Below, piece after piece: positions 33,918 through 44,582 of a stretch of 58,749 nt of DNA (the first letter of the stretch is position 1; the number at the start of each line of letters is the position of its first letter). Made by a program: the position numbers and the translations under genes. The notes beneath the pieces were generated by a model that did not search any database, was not told where the DNA came from, and saw only the letters and a list, made by a program, of their open reading frames with translations. This stretch comes from a virus (taxonomy: Duplodnaviria; Caudoviricetes). The stretch spans positions 1 through 58,749 of the IMG/VR virus record IMGVR_UViG_3300037487_001109; one strand, 5' to 3'.

Positions 33918-34292
33918 ATGACAGAAGAAACAACTACAGAATGTGAAGGCGCAAAAGATGGATGCTGTGCATCCACCACTACTAATGAAGAGTGTGATAA
34001 GATGAAGTCACTTATAGCTGGCGCTGTTGCCGGCATGGTATCACCCGTTGACCCTCTGGCGCTTATTGCCCAGCTGGCAATAACCGTATCCCAGATGCAA
34101 AAAGATATGGCTAATATGGAAAAAGCAATCGGACAGAATATGTCTGAGATTATTAACTATATGAACAGTATTGCTCAGCGTATTCAACCTAGCCCTCTGG
34201 CTGGTGCAGCTGCAGGAGCTAAGCAAAATAATGTAACGCCAATCAAGCCGCCTACAGATGGTGGCAGAGATTCACCACTTTCAGCTGCATAA
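33918..34292 (+). CDS. Hypothetical coiled-coil protein
   Basis: AAGGA RBS. Confidence 0.6.
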   Translation: MTEETTTECEGAKDGCCASTTTNEECDKMKSLIAGAVAGMVSPVDPLALIAQLAITVSQMQKDMANMEKAIGQNMSEIINYMNSIAQRIQPSPLAGAAAGAKQNNVTPIKPPTDGGRDSPLSAA

Positions 34293-34323
34293 GTTTTATA
34301 GGCTAGTCATAGGGTAGGTAGGT

Positions 34324-35547
34324 ATGATCTCACTAAGTAACCACACCAAGTATTTATTTATTCTATGGCTAGTTTTTTTAACAAGCTGCGCGTCCATACC
34401 GGTCCCCCCTCCTGTAGAACCGCCGGCCACGGTTGCTACTAGGGCAGCAGTAGTAGTAGAGCCCAGTAGATGGGGCTATGATGTACTGGCACTTGCCAAG
34501 TACTGTAACACGTATCTAAAAGCACCAAGACTTCCAAAAGTCTCAACACTTCTACGCACTTTCGGTGACCCTCTGCCCTGCATAGACCAGGCGCTCTCTC
34601 GTGGTGGGCTTACGAGCGTTCAGTATAACCTAAGAGATGCCACCTGTTGGCGTAATCGTGTATGCCCTCCGGGTACTCCAAGTCTGACAGACTGGAATGA
34701 CATGAAGAAACTTGCTCTACAGGTTAATCGGCGTGCTGTGGAGCATCCAGAGGTTGAGCACTGGATTAGCCCTTATCTTGAACATGATTTTAAAGACGCC
34801 AATGTTATTAAAAAAGCCTGTACCGTTTCACTTTCAGCTTGCCCGACATGCAGGTGCATCAATGAGCCTATGTCAGGAACAAGAAATACTCCGTACCCTC
34901 TTGAACTCCACGGAACTACTAATTCAGCATGGAGTATATCTGGTGATGGGTCTTCATGTTTTGATGGGGACAATATCAAAAACGATGGTAACAATTTCCA
35001 GCATAGATTAGCTGGCAGTGATGCTACGTATGCATGGTTTAATGAAATGAATGGGCGCGTTACTGGGGATAAGGTTTTTACACCTATAAATAAAAGAACC
35101 TGCTGGCCTACTTCAGATTTGATGTCGCAGGCCCAAAAGATAATGGTATCAGAGGAAGCCACTATTCCTAATGCTCCACCACAATGTAAACAGACTGTGC
35201 GTATCAATAAGAAAGCCGGAGAAATAAATAAGACAAATGCTGAGATGTACGCACCTTGTCCAAATCCTGATAAGCGTGGCAATAAGCAGTTATTTATACT
35301 ACGTAAAGCGGGCACTAGAGGTAGTAAATTAAAGATTAGAAATTCAAGCGGTAAGGAAGTAGGCTGCGCCGCTTACTATGGACCGTATAGTTCTGCGGGT
35401 CTGCATAGATGGTATGTTGGCTCGTGTTCTGGGCAGACACCTTGGGGACTTTACAAAGCACTTGGAAACGAGTGGGGCTTTGCAGAATTGGGAGGAGGCA
35501 GGTGCCTACTGTTCAGCTCTATACGCAGGGAAGGTGTGTATAGATGA
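34324..35547 (+). CDS. Large Cys-rich lipoprotein
   Basis: Hydrophobic signal plus lipobox LTSC, Pro-rich linker. Confidence 0.7.
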   Translation: MISLSNHTKYLFILWLVFLTSCASIPVPPPVEPPATVATRAAVVVEPSRWGYDVLALAKYCNTYLKAPRLPKVSTLLRTFGDPLPCIDQALSRGGLTSVQYNLRDATCWRNRVCPPGTPSLTDWNDMKKLALQVNRRAVEHPEVEHWISPYLEHDFKDANVIKKACTVSLSACPTCRCINEPMSGTRNTPYPLELHGTTNSAWSISGDGSSCFDGDNIKNDGNNFQHRLAGSDATYAWFNEMNGRVTGDKVFTPINKRTCWPTSDLMSQAQKIMVSEEATIPNAPPQCKQTVRINKKAGEINKTNAEMYAPCPNPDKRGNKQLFILRKAGTRGSKLKIRNSSGKEVGCAAYYGPYSSAGLHRWYVGSCSGQTPWGLYKALGNEWGFAELGGGRCLLFSSIRREGVYR

Positions 35548-36011
35548 AAAGAAATTCAGGAAAGCACGGCTTAGCTGATACTGCACTATATAGTATATGG
35601 CGAAATATGATTAGCAGATGCTATAAAACTACTGCTAAAGATTATCATAACTACGGCGGTAGAGGTATAAGGGTCTGTGAAGCATGGCGTAGTGTTACTA
35701 ACTTTTATACCGATAATCTACATACGTATACTGCCGGGTTGACGCTGGACAGAGTAGATAACGACCGTGAGTACAGCCCAGCTAACTGTATATGGGCTAA
35801 TAGAAAGGCACAAGCGCAAAAACGCAGGTCTAATATTACTGTATATTTATGGGGGTCTACTTATAATTTAAAGCAGGCACTTCGTATCTTGAGTATCAGT
35901 TATGATTTCTTTAAGTACTACAGGAAAAAGCACAAAATAATAAATCACGATACTGCAATAATAGCCTGTATTGAAAAACAAAATAGAGAAAGACTTGGGA
36001 GTTATCGCTAA
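35544..36011 (+). CDS. HNH homing endonuclease
   Basis: WRNMISRC...YGGRGIRVC..W...TLDRVDNDREYSPANCIWA. Confidence 0.88.
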   Translation: MKRNSGKHGLADTALYSIWRNMISRCYKTTAKDYHNYGGRGIRVCEAWRSVTNFYTDNLHTYTAGLTLDRVDNDREYSPANCIWANRKAQAQKRRSNITVYLWGSTYNLKQALRILSISYDFFKYYRKKHKIINHDTAIIACIEKQNRERLGSYR

Positions 36012-36883
36012 TGGCACTTGTATCAATCATCACATGCACCGGCTTCAGGTCACAGGCTCTGGCTCTATGCCAAAGGTATATTGAAAGACAGACTTTCCGT
36101 GGCACCCTACAGTGGATTGTTGTTAAAGATGATGCCACTCCTGACACTCTTACAACTACCAAGCGGGGCCTTACAATTGAGCAGTATCAAGGTCCCAGAG
36201 TCTGGACCCCTGACTACAATACGCATAGGGGCAACATGGAACTTGCTCTTACTAAGGTAAAAGGGGATTACCTCTTTATACTGGAAGACGATGACTACTA
36301 CGCCCCAAAGTACATACAGTCATATGTAGACGTAATGGGTAGCGTAGACGTTGTGGGTCTGGCGTCTGCCAAGTACTTCCATGTTAAATGTGGCGGATGG
36401 AAGGTGCTGGGTAATGATAAGCATGCATCCCTTGCCTCTACTGCTGTAAAGAAGTCAGCTATTCCGCTTATGTCTAAGGCCGTAGACTCGGGCGAACTGT
36501 ATGCCGATAGGGTTTTTTGGGCGGATATTCATAAAAACAACCGCTCCCATGCCTTATTAGGAGGGGTATCAACGTCTGTAGGTATCAAGGGTATGCCTGG
36601 ACGTGGGGGCATCACCCCTTCCCACCGCGAAATGCGGGACTATCTCATTGACTCAGATTGTAGTGTTATCAAAAGCTGGATTAATGAGGATTACGCTTTA
36701 TATTCACCATATTGTACAAGGATAAAAAATGAAATCAAAACTAGAGAAGAAAACAATTTCAAGCAAAAAATCAAAGATGCCGGTGTCCCCCTCACAGCCC
36801 CAGCGTACTTCCCAGACTCCGGAGCAATCGCCTCGGCCATCAAAGCTCTCGAAAAAGCCACCTCAAAAACCAGCTTCAAATAA
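36011..36883 (+). CDS. Family 2 glycosyltransferase
   Basis: VSIITCT, WIVVKDD, FILEDDDYY. Confidence 0.82.
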   Translation: MALVSIITCTGFRSQALALCQRYIERQTFRGTLQWIVVKDDATPDTLTTTKRGLTIEQYQGPRVWTPDYNTHRGNMELALTKVKGDYLFILEDDDYYAPKYIQSYVDVMGSVDVVGLASAKYFHVKCGGWKVLGNDKHASLASTAVKKSAIPLMSKAVDSGELYADRVFWADIHKNNRSHALLGGVSTSVGIKGMPGRGGITPSHREMRDYLIDSDCSVIKSWINEDYALYSPYCTRIKNEIKTREENNFKQKIKDAGVPLTAPAYFPDSGAIASAIKALEKATSKTSFK

Positions 36884-36934
36884 AGCCACTATCAGGGCTC
36901 CTAAGCAATAAGGTATACTTATAAGGAGGGATAT

Positions 36935-37093
36935 ATGCCACTCACCAGTAAGGGGACCAAGATTCTATCTAACATGGCCAAGACGTATGGGGCCAAAAAA
37001 GCGAAGACTGTGCTCTACGCTATGATTGAGGAAGGTAAGATTACAGGAGCAGAGAAGCCGGCAAAGCCCTCTAAACGTAAACCTAAAAAATAA
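36935..37093 (+). CDS. 52-aa basic conserved phage protein
   Basis: MPLTSKGTKILSNMAKTYGAKKAKTVLYA...; TAAGGAGG RBS; TATACT upstream; below the ORF-track cutoff. Confidence 0.7.
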   Translation: MPLTSKGTKILSNMAKTYGAKKAKTVLYAMIEEGKITGAEKPAKPSKRKPKK

Positions 37094-37101
37094 GGAGCTG
37101 T

Positions 37102-37452
37102 ATGGCGTCTTTTGTATTACGATTACTTAAGTCTAATGGCATTAAACGTAGGATAGCAGCATTGCTGCAGACTGTGGCGGCTATAGCTAGTGGTTCCCCT
37201 ATATTAGCACCATACACAAGCATCCTGGCCAGTATAGCAACGTATCTGGGTATAGGTGGTGTAGTTCAGGCAGGAGCCAGCAAAAGTTTAGGGCTATCCC
37301 CGCTAAGCACGCTGGCTTCCTTTTTTGGTGCGCTATTATTAGCCACCCAAAACGTGCCTGCACTTATGCCTTACGAGCCCCTTATACACAGTATAGTGGT
37401 CATACTGTCCTTATTTGCTACAGGCTCTATGGTCAGTGGCGGTAAAGGCTGA
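37102..37452 (+). CDS. Membrane protein, holin candidate
   Basis: Several hydrophobic helices, internal duplication (P.L.PY), basic N-terminus. Confidence 0.5.
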   Translation: MASFVLRLLKSNGIKRRIAALLQTVAAIASGSPILAPYTSILASIATYLGIGGVVQAGASKSLGLSPLSTLASFFGALLLATQNVPALMPYEPLIHSIVVILSLFATGSMVSGGKG

Positions 37453-37470
37453 TTAGCTTGTTACCTGTCT

Positions 37471-37848
37471 ATGACAACACGTAAACCCATCAGTACACTG
37501 TCGGTGACTGAAACTGCAGAACTATGTCCTATGATTTGTGCATCTGATACTGCCCGCCCTAAATGTGCCGTTGACTTTGAACACACCAGAGCCCCAGAGT
37601 GTGCCCTATTGGCAGCAATATTGGATAGAGCTGTCAGGGATTTGGGGCCAGAGGTAGACCATATGGAGCGCTCTAGCGCAATCAATTGGTTTACGGGGGT
37701 TAGCAATAAGTCTTTAGAGGATGCGTGTTTTAGCTTTGAAGATATCACCCTATTTCTTGACTTAGGAAAACTAGAGATTGATAAACTTAGAGATATGGTG
37801 CGCTACGCTATACAGCAAGGGGCACGCAGGCCTAAAGGTGATACATGA
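37471..37848 (+). CDS. Conserved phage protein
   Basis: PECALLAAILDRAVRD...AINWF...FSFEDI. Confidence 0.6.
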   Translation: MTTRKPISTLSVTETAELCPMICASDTARPKCAVDFEHTRAPECALLAAILDRAVRDLGPEVDHMERSSAINWFTGVSNKSLEDACFSFEDITLFLDLGKLEIDKLRDMVRYAIQQGARRPKGDT

Positions 37849-38312
37849 AACAGTGTAGATGTTGTAAGCAGTATCTACCCTTAGTAGCGTTTAGCGCTAA
37901 CAGTACGCACCCATATTGTAGACCGTGTGTTAAGATTAAAAATAAAAAATATAGAACTAATAATCGAGAGAAGCTTAAGCTATATGAGGATAAGCGGTAC
38001 CCCAAAAGAGCAACCGACCCAGAATACTTGCGTAAATCTAAACTACAACAACGTAAATGGGTGGAGAACAATAGAGATAAGCATACCGCTAGAAAGCTAC
38101 GCTGGAAGAACGCCAATAGGCTAAAAACTAAAGCCCACACAGCCGTAAAGGATGCGATTAGACGCGGTAAGTTAATAAGATTGCCGTGCGTACAGTGCCA
38201 ATCTATTATAAATTTAGAAGCGCACCACGAAGACTACACTAAACCTTTAGACGTAATATGGCTATGTAGGTTATGCCATGTAAAATTTCATACTAAACGT
38301 GAGCAGCTATGA
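37845..38312 (+). CDS. Zn-finger/HNH-like endonuclease
   Basis: CRCC..CRPC; AHTAV..AIRRGKL...CVQC...EAHHEDYTKPLDVIWLCRLCH. Confidence 0.8.
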   Translation: MKQCRCCKQYLPLVAFSANSTHPYCRPCVKIKNKKYRTNNREKLKLYEDKRYPKRATDPEYLRKSKLQQRKWVENNRDKHTARKLRWKNANRLKTKAHTAVKDAIRRGKLIRLPCVQCQSIINLEAHHEDYTKPLDVIWLCRLCHVKFHTKREQL

Positions 38313-38815
38313 GCTATATATTGGGGATTGATTGTGGCCAAGAGGGTGCGTTTGCGTTGCTTGAACGTGACGGCACTATATTACAGTGTAAAAAGATTCC
38401 TACTATAAAGGTAAAATCCAAAGGCAAGGTAAAGGTTCACTACGATACTTTAGGTATAATCACTTACTTCCATATCAACAGTAAATTCTATCCCGGAACA
38501 AAGGTATTCATAGAGGAAATACACGCTGCCCCAGGGCAGGGTGTGACTTCTATGTTTTCAATGGGTTACGGATTTGGTTTGATTATAGGCATACTTAGCG
38601 CTATGAAGCTGCCGCACGTAAGAGTTGCCCCGCAGGAATGGAAAGGTAAGCTCCTTAAAGGTATGCCCAGAGAGAAGATGGCCTCGGTTGTAGTGGCAAG
38701 CAGGCTCTTCCCAGATTGTCTGCCGTATCTTAAGCTTCCTAAAGGTGGCATGGACCACAATGTGGCAGACGCGCTGTTGATTGCTGAGTGGGGCCGTCAA
38801 TCTTCTTTAAGCTGA
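38309..38815 (+). CDS. RuvC-like Holliday junction resolvase
   Basis: ILGIDCG, VFIEE, QGVTSMFSMG, VAPQEWK, ADALLIA. Confidence 0.85.
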   Translation: MSYILGIDCGQEGAFALLERDGTILQCKKIPTIKVKSKGKVKVHYDTLGIITYFHINSKFYPGTKVFIEEIHAAPGQGVTSMFSMGYGFGLIIGILSAMKLPHVRVAPQEWKGKLLKGMPREKMASVVVASRLFPDCLPYLKLPKGGMDHNVADALLIAEWGRQSSLS

Positions 38816-41800
38816 CCAGCAAGGTACTTAACAGTAGACGCAGACAGCAGTTTGTTTACATACGTTCTGAGTTTTGTTTGCGTCTTATCTGAACGTGCAG
38901 AGTACCCTTCTGCGTTTCTAAACTGCGCTACAATATTACGTATACCAGGCCCAGCGTCTTTAAGTATAGCTCGTTTAGCAGGGTACTCTAGCTCTGTAAG
39001 AGTAGCCCCGGCTATGGCCTTTTCTTTTTTTGAATCAAGTTTTATATCATCAATTGATGGGATACTGTAATTTCTATCTACTAGCCATCTTATATCTAAA
39101 TCTTGAGCACGTGTACTGTAGACCCGGTGCATACCATTAGACAGGTCTCTAGCATCTAGGTCTTCTCCAAATATATTAAGTGCTGATTTACCGACAGCAC
39201 TTTGCACAAAGGGTATACCCTCTACTATAGCTGATTTTACATCACGCCATGCGTCTACCGGGTTATCCATATACTTTGAAACAGTACGCATAGCCCCTAT
39301 CCCTGGTATTACAGCAGGCTTAACAAGGTTTAGAAGTATACGCCCAATAGCCTCTTTTGACTTCTCAGGTCGTAGGTGTGCTTTTTGTATATTATCGTAC
39401 AGGTCGGCCAGCCCTCTTACCATACTGACACGAGATAGTGAGTAGCCTGCGTCTGTAATGCTAGACCATATTAAAGCTCCAGTAAGCCCAGCGTCTGGCT
39501 CTTTTGCGCTTCTTAACCTGTCTCCGTAGCTCCCTATTATACCTAACATCAATCCGTATACAGTCTCTGGGAAAGGTATATATGTATCACCTATACGTAT
39601 AGAACTGGTAAGCCCGCCACTATCCTTGTACGCTTTCCGTGCGTCTGGGTCAGTGTGGTAGTCTGGGCCTATAATATCAAATACTCTTTCGTCTTCTGGC
39701 TTCTCACGTTCTGTACGCAGTGCAGCTATCAACGCACCTCCTATAGTGGTGCCTACGATAGAGGACGCTAAAGCCAAGTCCCGTTCAAACGGAGTACGAT
39801 TAAGAGACTTTTTAGTTTGAAATTTTACAGCAGCACCGAAAGGGGTAAACTCCAATTGCTGTCCAGCCATCTGCCCTACCGAGTTTGCAAACGCAACCAG
39901 AAATTTACCAGTTGCAAACGGCTGCCCAGCCCCTTCTAAAATTCTTACTCCATTTTTAATAATCTCTACTACTACACCCATAGCCCCCTGTGCCGGTGTA
40001 TTTAAGTTTATCTGACCAACTTGCTTTATGGCGTCCCTTCCATGATGCATACGGGAGGGCAGACTTTGAAATATCTCCTCTTCTAGTACCCTCTGTTGAT
40101 GCTTAGTGTACTTTACTCCCGCTTCTCGCAGTCTATCAGCCTGTGTCTTAGCGGCTGCTTCTGCTTTGATACGGTTGGCTTTTGAATCGTATATGAACTC
40201 CTGTAATGCCAAGGCAGTAGTGGGCAACATCTTCCCATCTGGGCCTAGCAGCTCATTTTTTATTTTTGCAGCATCAACGGTCTTATTGTAGTAATAGGCA
40301 GCTGCTGCTCCATGAAATGCTGCTGTTAGAGGTACTGAGTTTATAGCCTCTATAACAGAAATCATTCTTGTCAGCATTCCTGATACCCATGTTATAGGTG
40401 TCTTATGAAGTGCTAAAAATGCGTTACGCCCTGCGGCGCCCATCTTAGATTTGAATGTCTTATTTTTAGATACGTCCTCGTAGGTAAGTTCTCCAATCAG
40501 TTTTAACAGGTCCATCTCTCTAATAGTCTGGAGGTCATTCATCAAGTCTGTAGTATCCAGACTTGAGTGTATGAGGCCAGTCTGTATTGCTATCTCAGAA
40601 TCCTCAAATGGTATACCTACTCTATTCCCCTGTAATACTGCGTTTGCTAAACCTTTAGTTTTACTTAAATTATACTTATTAAAAATCTCTGCTAAAAAAG
40701 GAGTAAGTGTACTGCGATAGTCTATGCCTGTACCGAATTTTTTAACGAAATAATAGGCGTCCATTAGCCCTAAACTGACAGCTTTTCCAGGTATGATTAA
40801 CCCAAAATTTGCTCCAGCAGTAACAAGGTTGGTAGCGTTTCCTATTAGTCCTGTAATCCATACTGCCTCTATTAGCCGCTTCATTGGGATACTGGTACCC
40901 TTAGAGCCTGCCAGTTTAAGGTCCAGTGTGCTTTGTAGCTTTCGCCTCTGCCCACCCTCTACCATAGAATCTATGGCTGTCCTTAGTTTAGTTATGGCTG
41001 CCTGATTTTCTGCTTCCACTTTAGCAGCTGCAATAGCTTTATCTTTAACACGCTTATTGGCAGCTTCTGCTTTGGCCTTTTTGTGTTCAAGCTCCGCTAT
41101 CTTTTTTTGGCGCTCAGTACGGTCTGGTAGAGGAGGTCTGCTATCACGTTTCTCTTTAAGTGCCTTGATACTTGATTTGTACTTTTCAAGCTTAACTTTA
41201 GTTTTAGGGTCCAGTACACTATCTTTAGTAGCGGCTGGACGTTTAACTAAGTCCTGTAAAAGTTTTTTATTTGCGTCTATAGCTTTACGTTCAGCTGCTG
41301 TACCCGGCCGTACACCTTGGGCTTTAGCTACTAAAGCTTTATTGTCATTAATTTGTTTTTCTACGAATTGGATTAGTGCGTTAGAGGACTCCTTAACTTT
41401 ACCTCCAAGGGATACTGCTTTAGCCAGGTTATTTACTACTTTATTTAAGCCCAGCAAAGCATCCAGAGCACCGCCTTCTGACTTAGAGAACAGTTTACTA
41501 AGCTCTAGCCCAGATTTAGTTTTAACTGTAATTACGCGCTTCCCTTTAACCGGCACCTGACTAACTACAATACCCTCTTCCAGTTGAGTTAGTATCTCCT
41601 CTACGTGTGCAGCTATTGCAGGAACAGCTTCGGCCTGCTGTACTGCAGCCTCTGCCGCTACTGCTCTGGACTGTATAGCAAGGCTGTGCTGCATGTGTTT
41701 GTCGATACGAGCGTCTGTAGCTAACTGCTTAGACTCATCTGTTGTGGACCGTTTAATTTTTAAATTAGCTACGGCTATGGCAGCTTCTTTCTTAACTTTA

Positions 41801-44577
41801 TCCGCTGCGGCACGAGCTGTTGCGGCTCTATTGCGGAGGATAGCCAGCTCTGATTGCTTGGCTTGCTCTTTAGTTTTACGCTCATTCTTGACGATAGCGT
41901 CTACTTCTTTCTTAGCTGCGTCTACTGCTATGTCCAGTCTAGCGGTAGCGTCTTTTTCTATTTTTTTAATCTCTTCTGAAGTCAGGTCTTTAGTTTCTTG
42001 GGCATTGGCAGTTACATTTAATAACTTCTCGTAAAGCTTGCCAGTTTCCTTTTCTACCTTTTCAATAGCTTTGCGCTTCTCTCTTGTAACTTTCTTTTCT
42101 TGGGCCTGTACAAGTTCAGTAACTTTAGTAATTTCTGTATCCATTGCAGCGTTAAACGCTTCTGCCATTCGCACACCTTCTGCCTCTATGGCAGCGACCT
42201 CTTCCTCATAGGTCTGCTGGTCCTGCGCGTCTGGACCATCCCGTGCAACCTCGGCGTCAACTAGGGCTTTTTTCTCTGCCTCTATTTTTGCAGTAATAAG
42301 CTCTGGATTTCTAATCTCATCTACATGAATTTTTTCTGCAGTAGCTTCCTCGTATACTGCTTCAGTCTTAGCAGTTTCATAGGCGGTTATTCGCGCTAGA
42401 CCTCCTACTAAATCTTTTCCTCTTGTATAGTAAGTTGCCTGTCCTGCTACCGCTTCTTTTTGTGCTATGTGCTCAAACAGCGGCTTAGCTATAGTAGCCA
42501 GCTGTTCAATAGCTGCACCATCACCACTTGCAATTGCTTCATTCTCTAGGTTAGCAAATTGATTTAACAGTACTACCCCGGCACGAGACTCTATACCAGA
42601 TGTTGTAGTAGACGGCGTAGACATGAGCCAATCTGCTAACCCAAAGAAACTCCCATACTGCCGCAATTCTGCGTTAGCTTCATCATGGGAAAGTGTGTCG
42701 TAGTATAGCCCTTTACTGGCTAAGCCCTGTAATGTAGGGGACAACATCTCTGGGCGCTCGGTCAATGTATTATGTAAACGTGTTCCAAATGAGGATAGCT
42801 TTTGCTCTACTTCAACACTACCGGCAGCACCTATACTTCTATCAATATTAATTTTACGTATACGTGCAGGTATTGGGTGAATCTGTGTAGTTATCTCTTG
42901 CTTATTGGGGCTGACTGCGTTTGATACTCCCACCCTATACATGCCTACAGCAGGCGCAGGAGAGGACGGTATTTTCTCTAGTTTACCACTACCGTCTGTG
43001 CTTATCAGATACGCATTCTCGTCTCCTGCGTTACCATTCACCAGATGCGCTCTACCGGATGCAGTCTCATTTACAATCTTGGCAGCAGTGGACTCGTCTA
43101 CGTATATGTTATTATCAAAAGCACCCTCTACTGTTCCGTTAGAAAGTGTACGTACTATCTGACCAGATGCATTTCTAGCGTCAACAGACCCATCTTCCAT
43201 CTCGTAAAGAGGTGTCAGGTTTTCTACATCTGGTTTAGTTACAACGCGCACGTCCCCTTCTGGGGTAGTCACTACTTCAGTAATTGGTTCTACTTTTGTA
43301 TCTGCAGGTTTTACGGATACTGGGCCTATATTCTGTTTTATAACAGGCGTAATAGGTACCCCAAACTCATCTACCTCATCAGCTCTTTGGGCAGAATCCT
43401 GCTTGCCTGGGATTACTACTCTATTATCTTTTCTTCCAGATAGTTTAGCGTCTCCATAGGCTACGCCCCCTACAACACCTGCAGATATTGCACCGATTGC
43501 TCCAGCCTTAAACGCACTTTCCCAGTCTGCCGGCTTATCTGGGTTGCCTTCCTGTATACCTTGTGCTTTACCAGATATAAGTTGACCAGAGCCTTCTGAT
43601 ACAAACTCACCGGCCATGCCCCTTACAAGCTCTTTGCCTGCCGTAGCGCTTAGTCCATGTTTTAGAACTTTCCCAGCAGCACCGAACGCTAACTTTTCCC
43701 CTACTAACTGGACTGCTTGTGACCCAGCTTCTAAAGTTGCGGCAGTCTTGGCGTCCTCTCTGCTACCTGTAAGTCTTTTAGTTTCTGTATATCTGTTTAC
43801 TACTTCACCCAAAGCTCCTGGACCCTGATACGCTACAAAGCCTGCTGGCCCTGTGGTAGCTGTGACTAGCGCAGTAGCTGCACCCTGGGCAATTCCTGCC
43901 TCTATATTTCCAGTCCAGGATTGCGCAAACTCTGGGTCTATCACCTCTGTAGAAAATCTGTTTAAATCAAAATTATTAGTAACTGTTTTATTGGCTAGCC
44001 AGTTTATTACCGGAGCAGCCGGTCTAGCTACAGCTAATGCTGCATTTGCACCTTGCTCTGCCAGGTTATATCCAAACTGTGCAGCTAAGCCTAAGCCTTC
44101 GTGTGACTTCTTATACGTCTCTTGTCTTTTCTGACTGGCAAACTGTTTAATACTCTCCTCGTATCCTTGCTTATTTATTAAAATCGCAGGGTCACTTGAG
44201 TCTTTAATAGCAGCTAGATTGGCCTCTTCCCATTTAGTATAGAGGTCTAGGTCTCCACTGATATTAACCTTATCAGTTTCCGCACCAGTAGTGGGGTCTT
44301 TCTCTTTTATAGTATTGGAAGCAATAACTTCTTGGAAACTAACAGGAGCATTCTGCCCTATGTCACTAAATATGGTCTGGTCACGGTATAGATGCCCAGC
44401 ATCTGTGGCATATCCTTCTAAAGATTTTTTAACAGCTGCATCATCTGACCACTGGTACGTATTATAGGCGGAGATAAGCCCTGTTCTAGCCTCTTCGGCG
44501 CTGGAGGCTGCGCTAAACACCCCCTCTGCCATGGCGTCAAATTCAAGAGGGTCCATTACTTGAGGTGTATCCACCAT
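38797..44577 (-). CDS. Large internal virion / DNA-ejection protein (1926 aa)
   Basis: Size, helical Ala/Lys-rich body, last gene of the tail operon. Confidence 0.7.
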   Translation of the reverse strand: MVDTPQVMDPLEFDAMAEGVFSAASSAEEARTGLISAYNTYQWSDDAAVKKSLEGYATDAGHLYRDQTIFSDIGQNAPVSFQEVIASNTIKEKDPTTGAETDKVNISGDLDLYTKWEEANLAAIKDSSDPAILINKQGYEESIKQFASQKRQETYKKSHEGLGLAAQFGYNLAEQGANAALAVARPAAPVINWLANKTVTNNFDLNRFSTEVIDPEFAQSWTGNIEAGIAQGAATALVTATTGPAGFVAYQGPGALGEVVNRYTETKRLTGSREDAKTAATLEAGSQAVQLVGEKLAFGAAGKVLKHGLSATAGKELVRGMAGEFVSEGSGQLISGKAQGIQEGNPDKPADWESAFKAGAIGAISAGVVGGVAYGDAKLSGRKDNRVVIPGKQDSAQRADEVDEFGVPITPVIKQNIGPVSVKPADTKVEPITEVVTTPEGDVRVVTKPDVENLTPLYEMEDGSVDARNASGQIVRTLSNGTVEGAFDNNIYVDESTAAKIVNETASGRAHLVNGNAGDENAYLISTDGSGKLEKIPSSPAPAVGMYRVGVSNAVSPNKQEITTQIHPIPARIRKINIDRSIGAAGSVEVEQKLSSFGTRLHNTLTERPEMLSPTLQGLASKGLYYDTLSHDEANAELRQYGSFFGLADWLMSTPSTTTSGIESRAGVVLLNQFANLENEAIASGDGAAIEQLATIAKPLFEHIAQKEAVAGQATYYTRGKDLVGGLARITAYETAKTEAVYEEATAEKIHVDEIRNPELITAKIEAEKKALVDAEVARDGPDAQDQQTYEEEVAAIEAEGVRMAEAFNAAMDTEITKVTELVQAQEKKVTREKRKAIEKVEKETGKLYEKLLNVTANAQETKDLTSEEIKKIEKDATARLDIAVDAAKKEVDAIVKNERKTKEQAKQSELAILRNRAATARAAADKVKKEAAIAVANLKIKRSTTDESKQLATDARIDKHMQHSLAIQSRAVAAEAAVQQAEAVPAIAAHVEEILTQLEEGIVVSQVPVKGKRVITVKTKSGLELSKLFSKSEGGALDALLGLNKVVNNLAKAVSLGGKVKESSNALIQFVEKQINDNKALVAKAQGVRPGTAAERKAIDANKKLLQDLVKRPAATKDSVLDPKTKVKLEKYKSSIKALKEKRDSRPPLPDRTERQKKIAELEHKKAKAEAANKRVKDKAIAAAKVEAENQAAITKLRTAIDSMVEGGQRRKLQSTLDLKLAGSKGTSIPMKRLIEAVWITGLIGNATNLVTAGANFGLIIPGKAVSLGLMDAYYFVKKFGTGIDYRSTLTPFLAEIFNKYNLSKTKGLANAVLQGNRVGIPFEDSEIAIQTGLIHSSLDTTDLMNDLQTIREMDLLKLIGELTYEDVSKNKTFKSKMGAAGRNAFLALHKTPITWVSGMLTRMISVIEAINSVPLTAAFHGAAAAYYYNKTVDAAKIKNELLGPDGKMLPTTALALQEFIYDSKANRIKAEAAAKTQADRLREAGVKYTKHQQRVLEEEIFQSLPSRMHHGRDAIKQVGQINLNTPAQGAMGVVVEIIKNGVRILEGAGQPFATGKFLVAFANSVGQMAGQQLEFTPFGAAVKFQTKKSLNRTPFERDLALASSIVGTTIGGALIAALRTEREKPEDERVFDIIGPDYHTDPDARKAYKDSGGLTSSIRIGDTYIPFPETVYGLMLGIIGSYGDRLRSAKEPDAGLTGALIWSSITDAGYSLSRVSMVRGLADLYDNIQKAHLRPEKSKEAIGRILLNLVKPAVIPGIGAMRTVSKYMDNPVDAWRDVKSAIVEGIPFVQSAVGKSALNIFGEDLDARDLSNGMHRVYSTRAQDLDIRWLVDRNYSIPSIDDIKLDSKKEKAIAGATLTELEYPAKRAILKDAGPGIRNIVAQFRNAEGYSARSDKTQTKLRTYVNKLLSASTVKYLAGQLKED

Positions 44578-44582
44578 ATGCT

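Noticed and set aside
38797-44577. Tape measure protein or virion RNA polymerase
   Set aside because: No tail tube or chaperone context and no RNAP catalytic motif seen; ejection protein fits better
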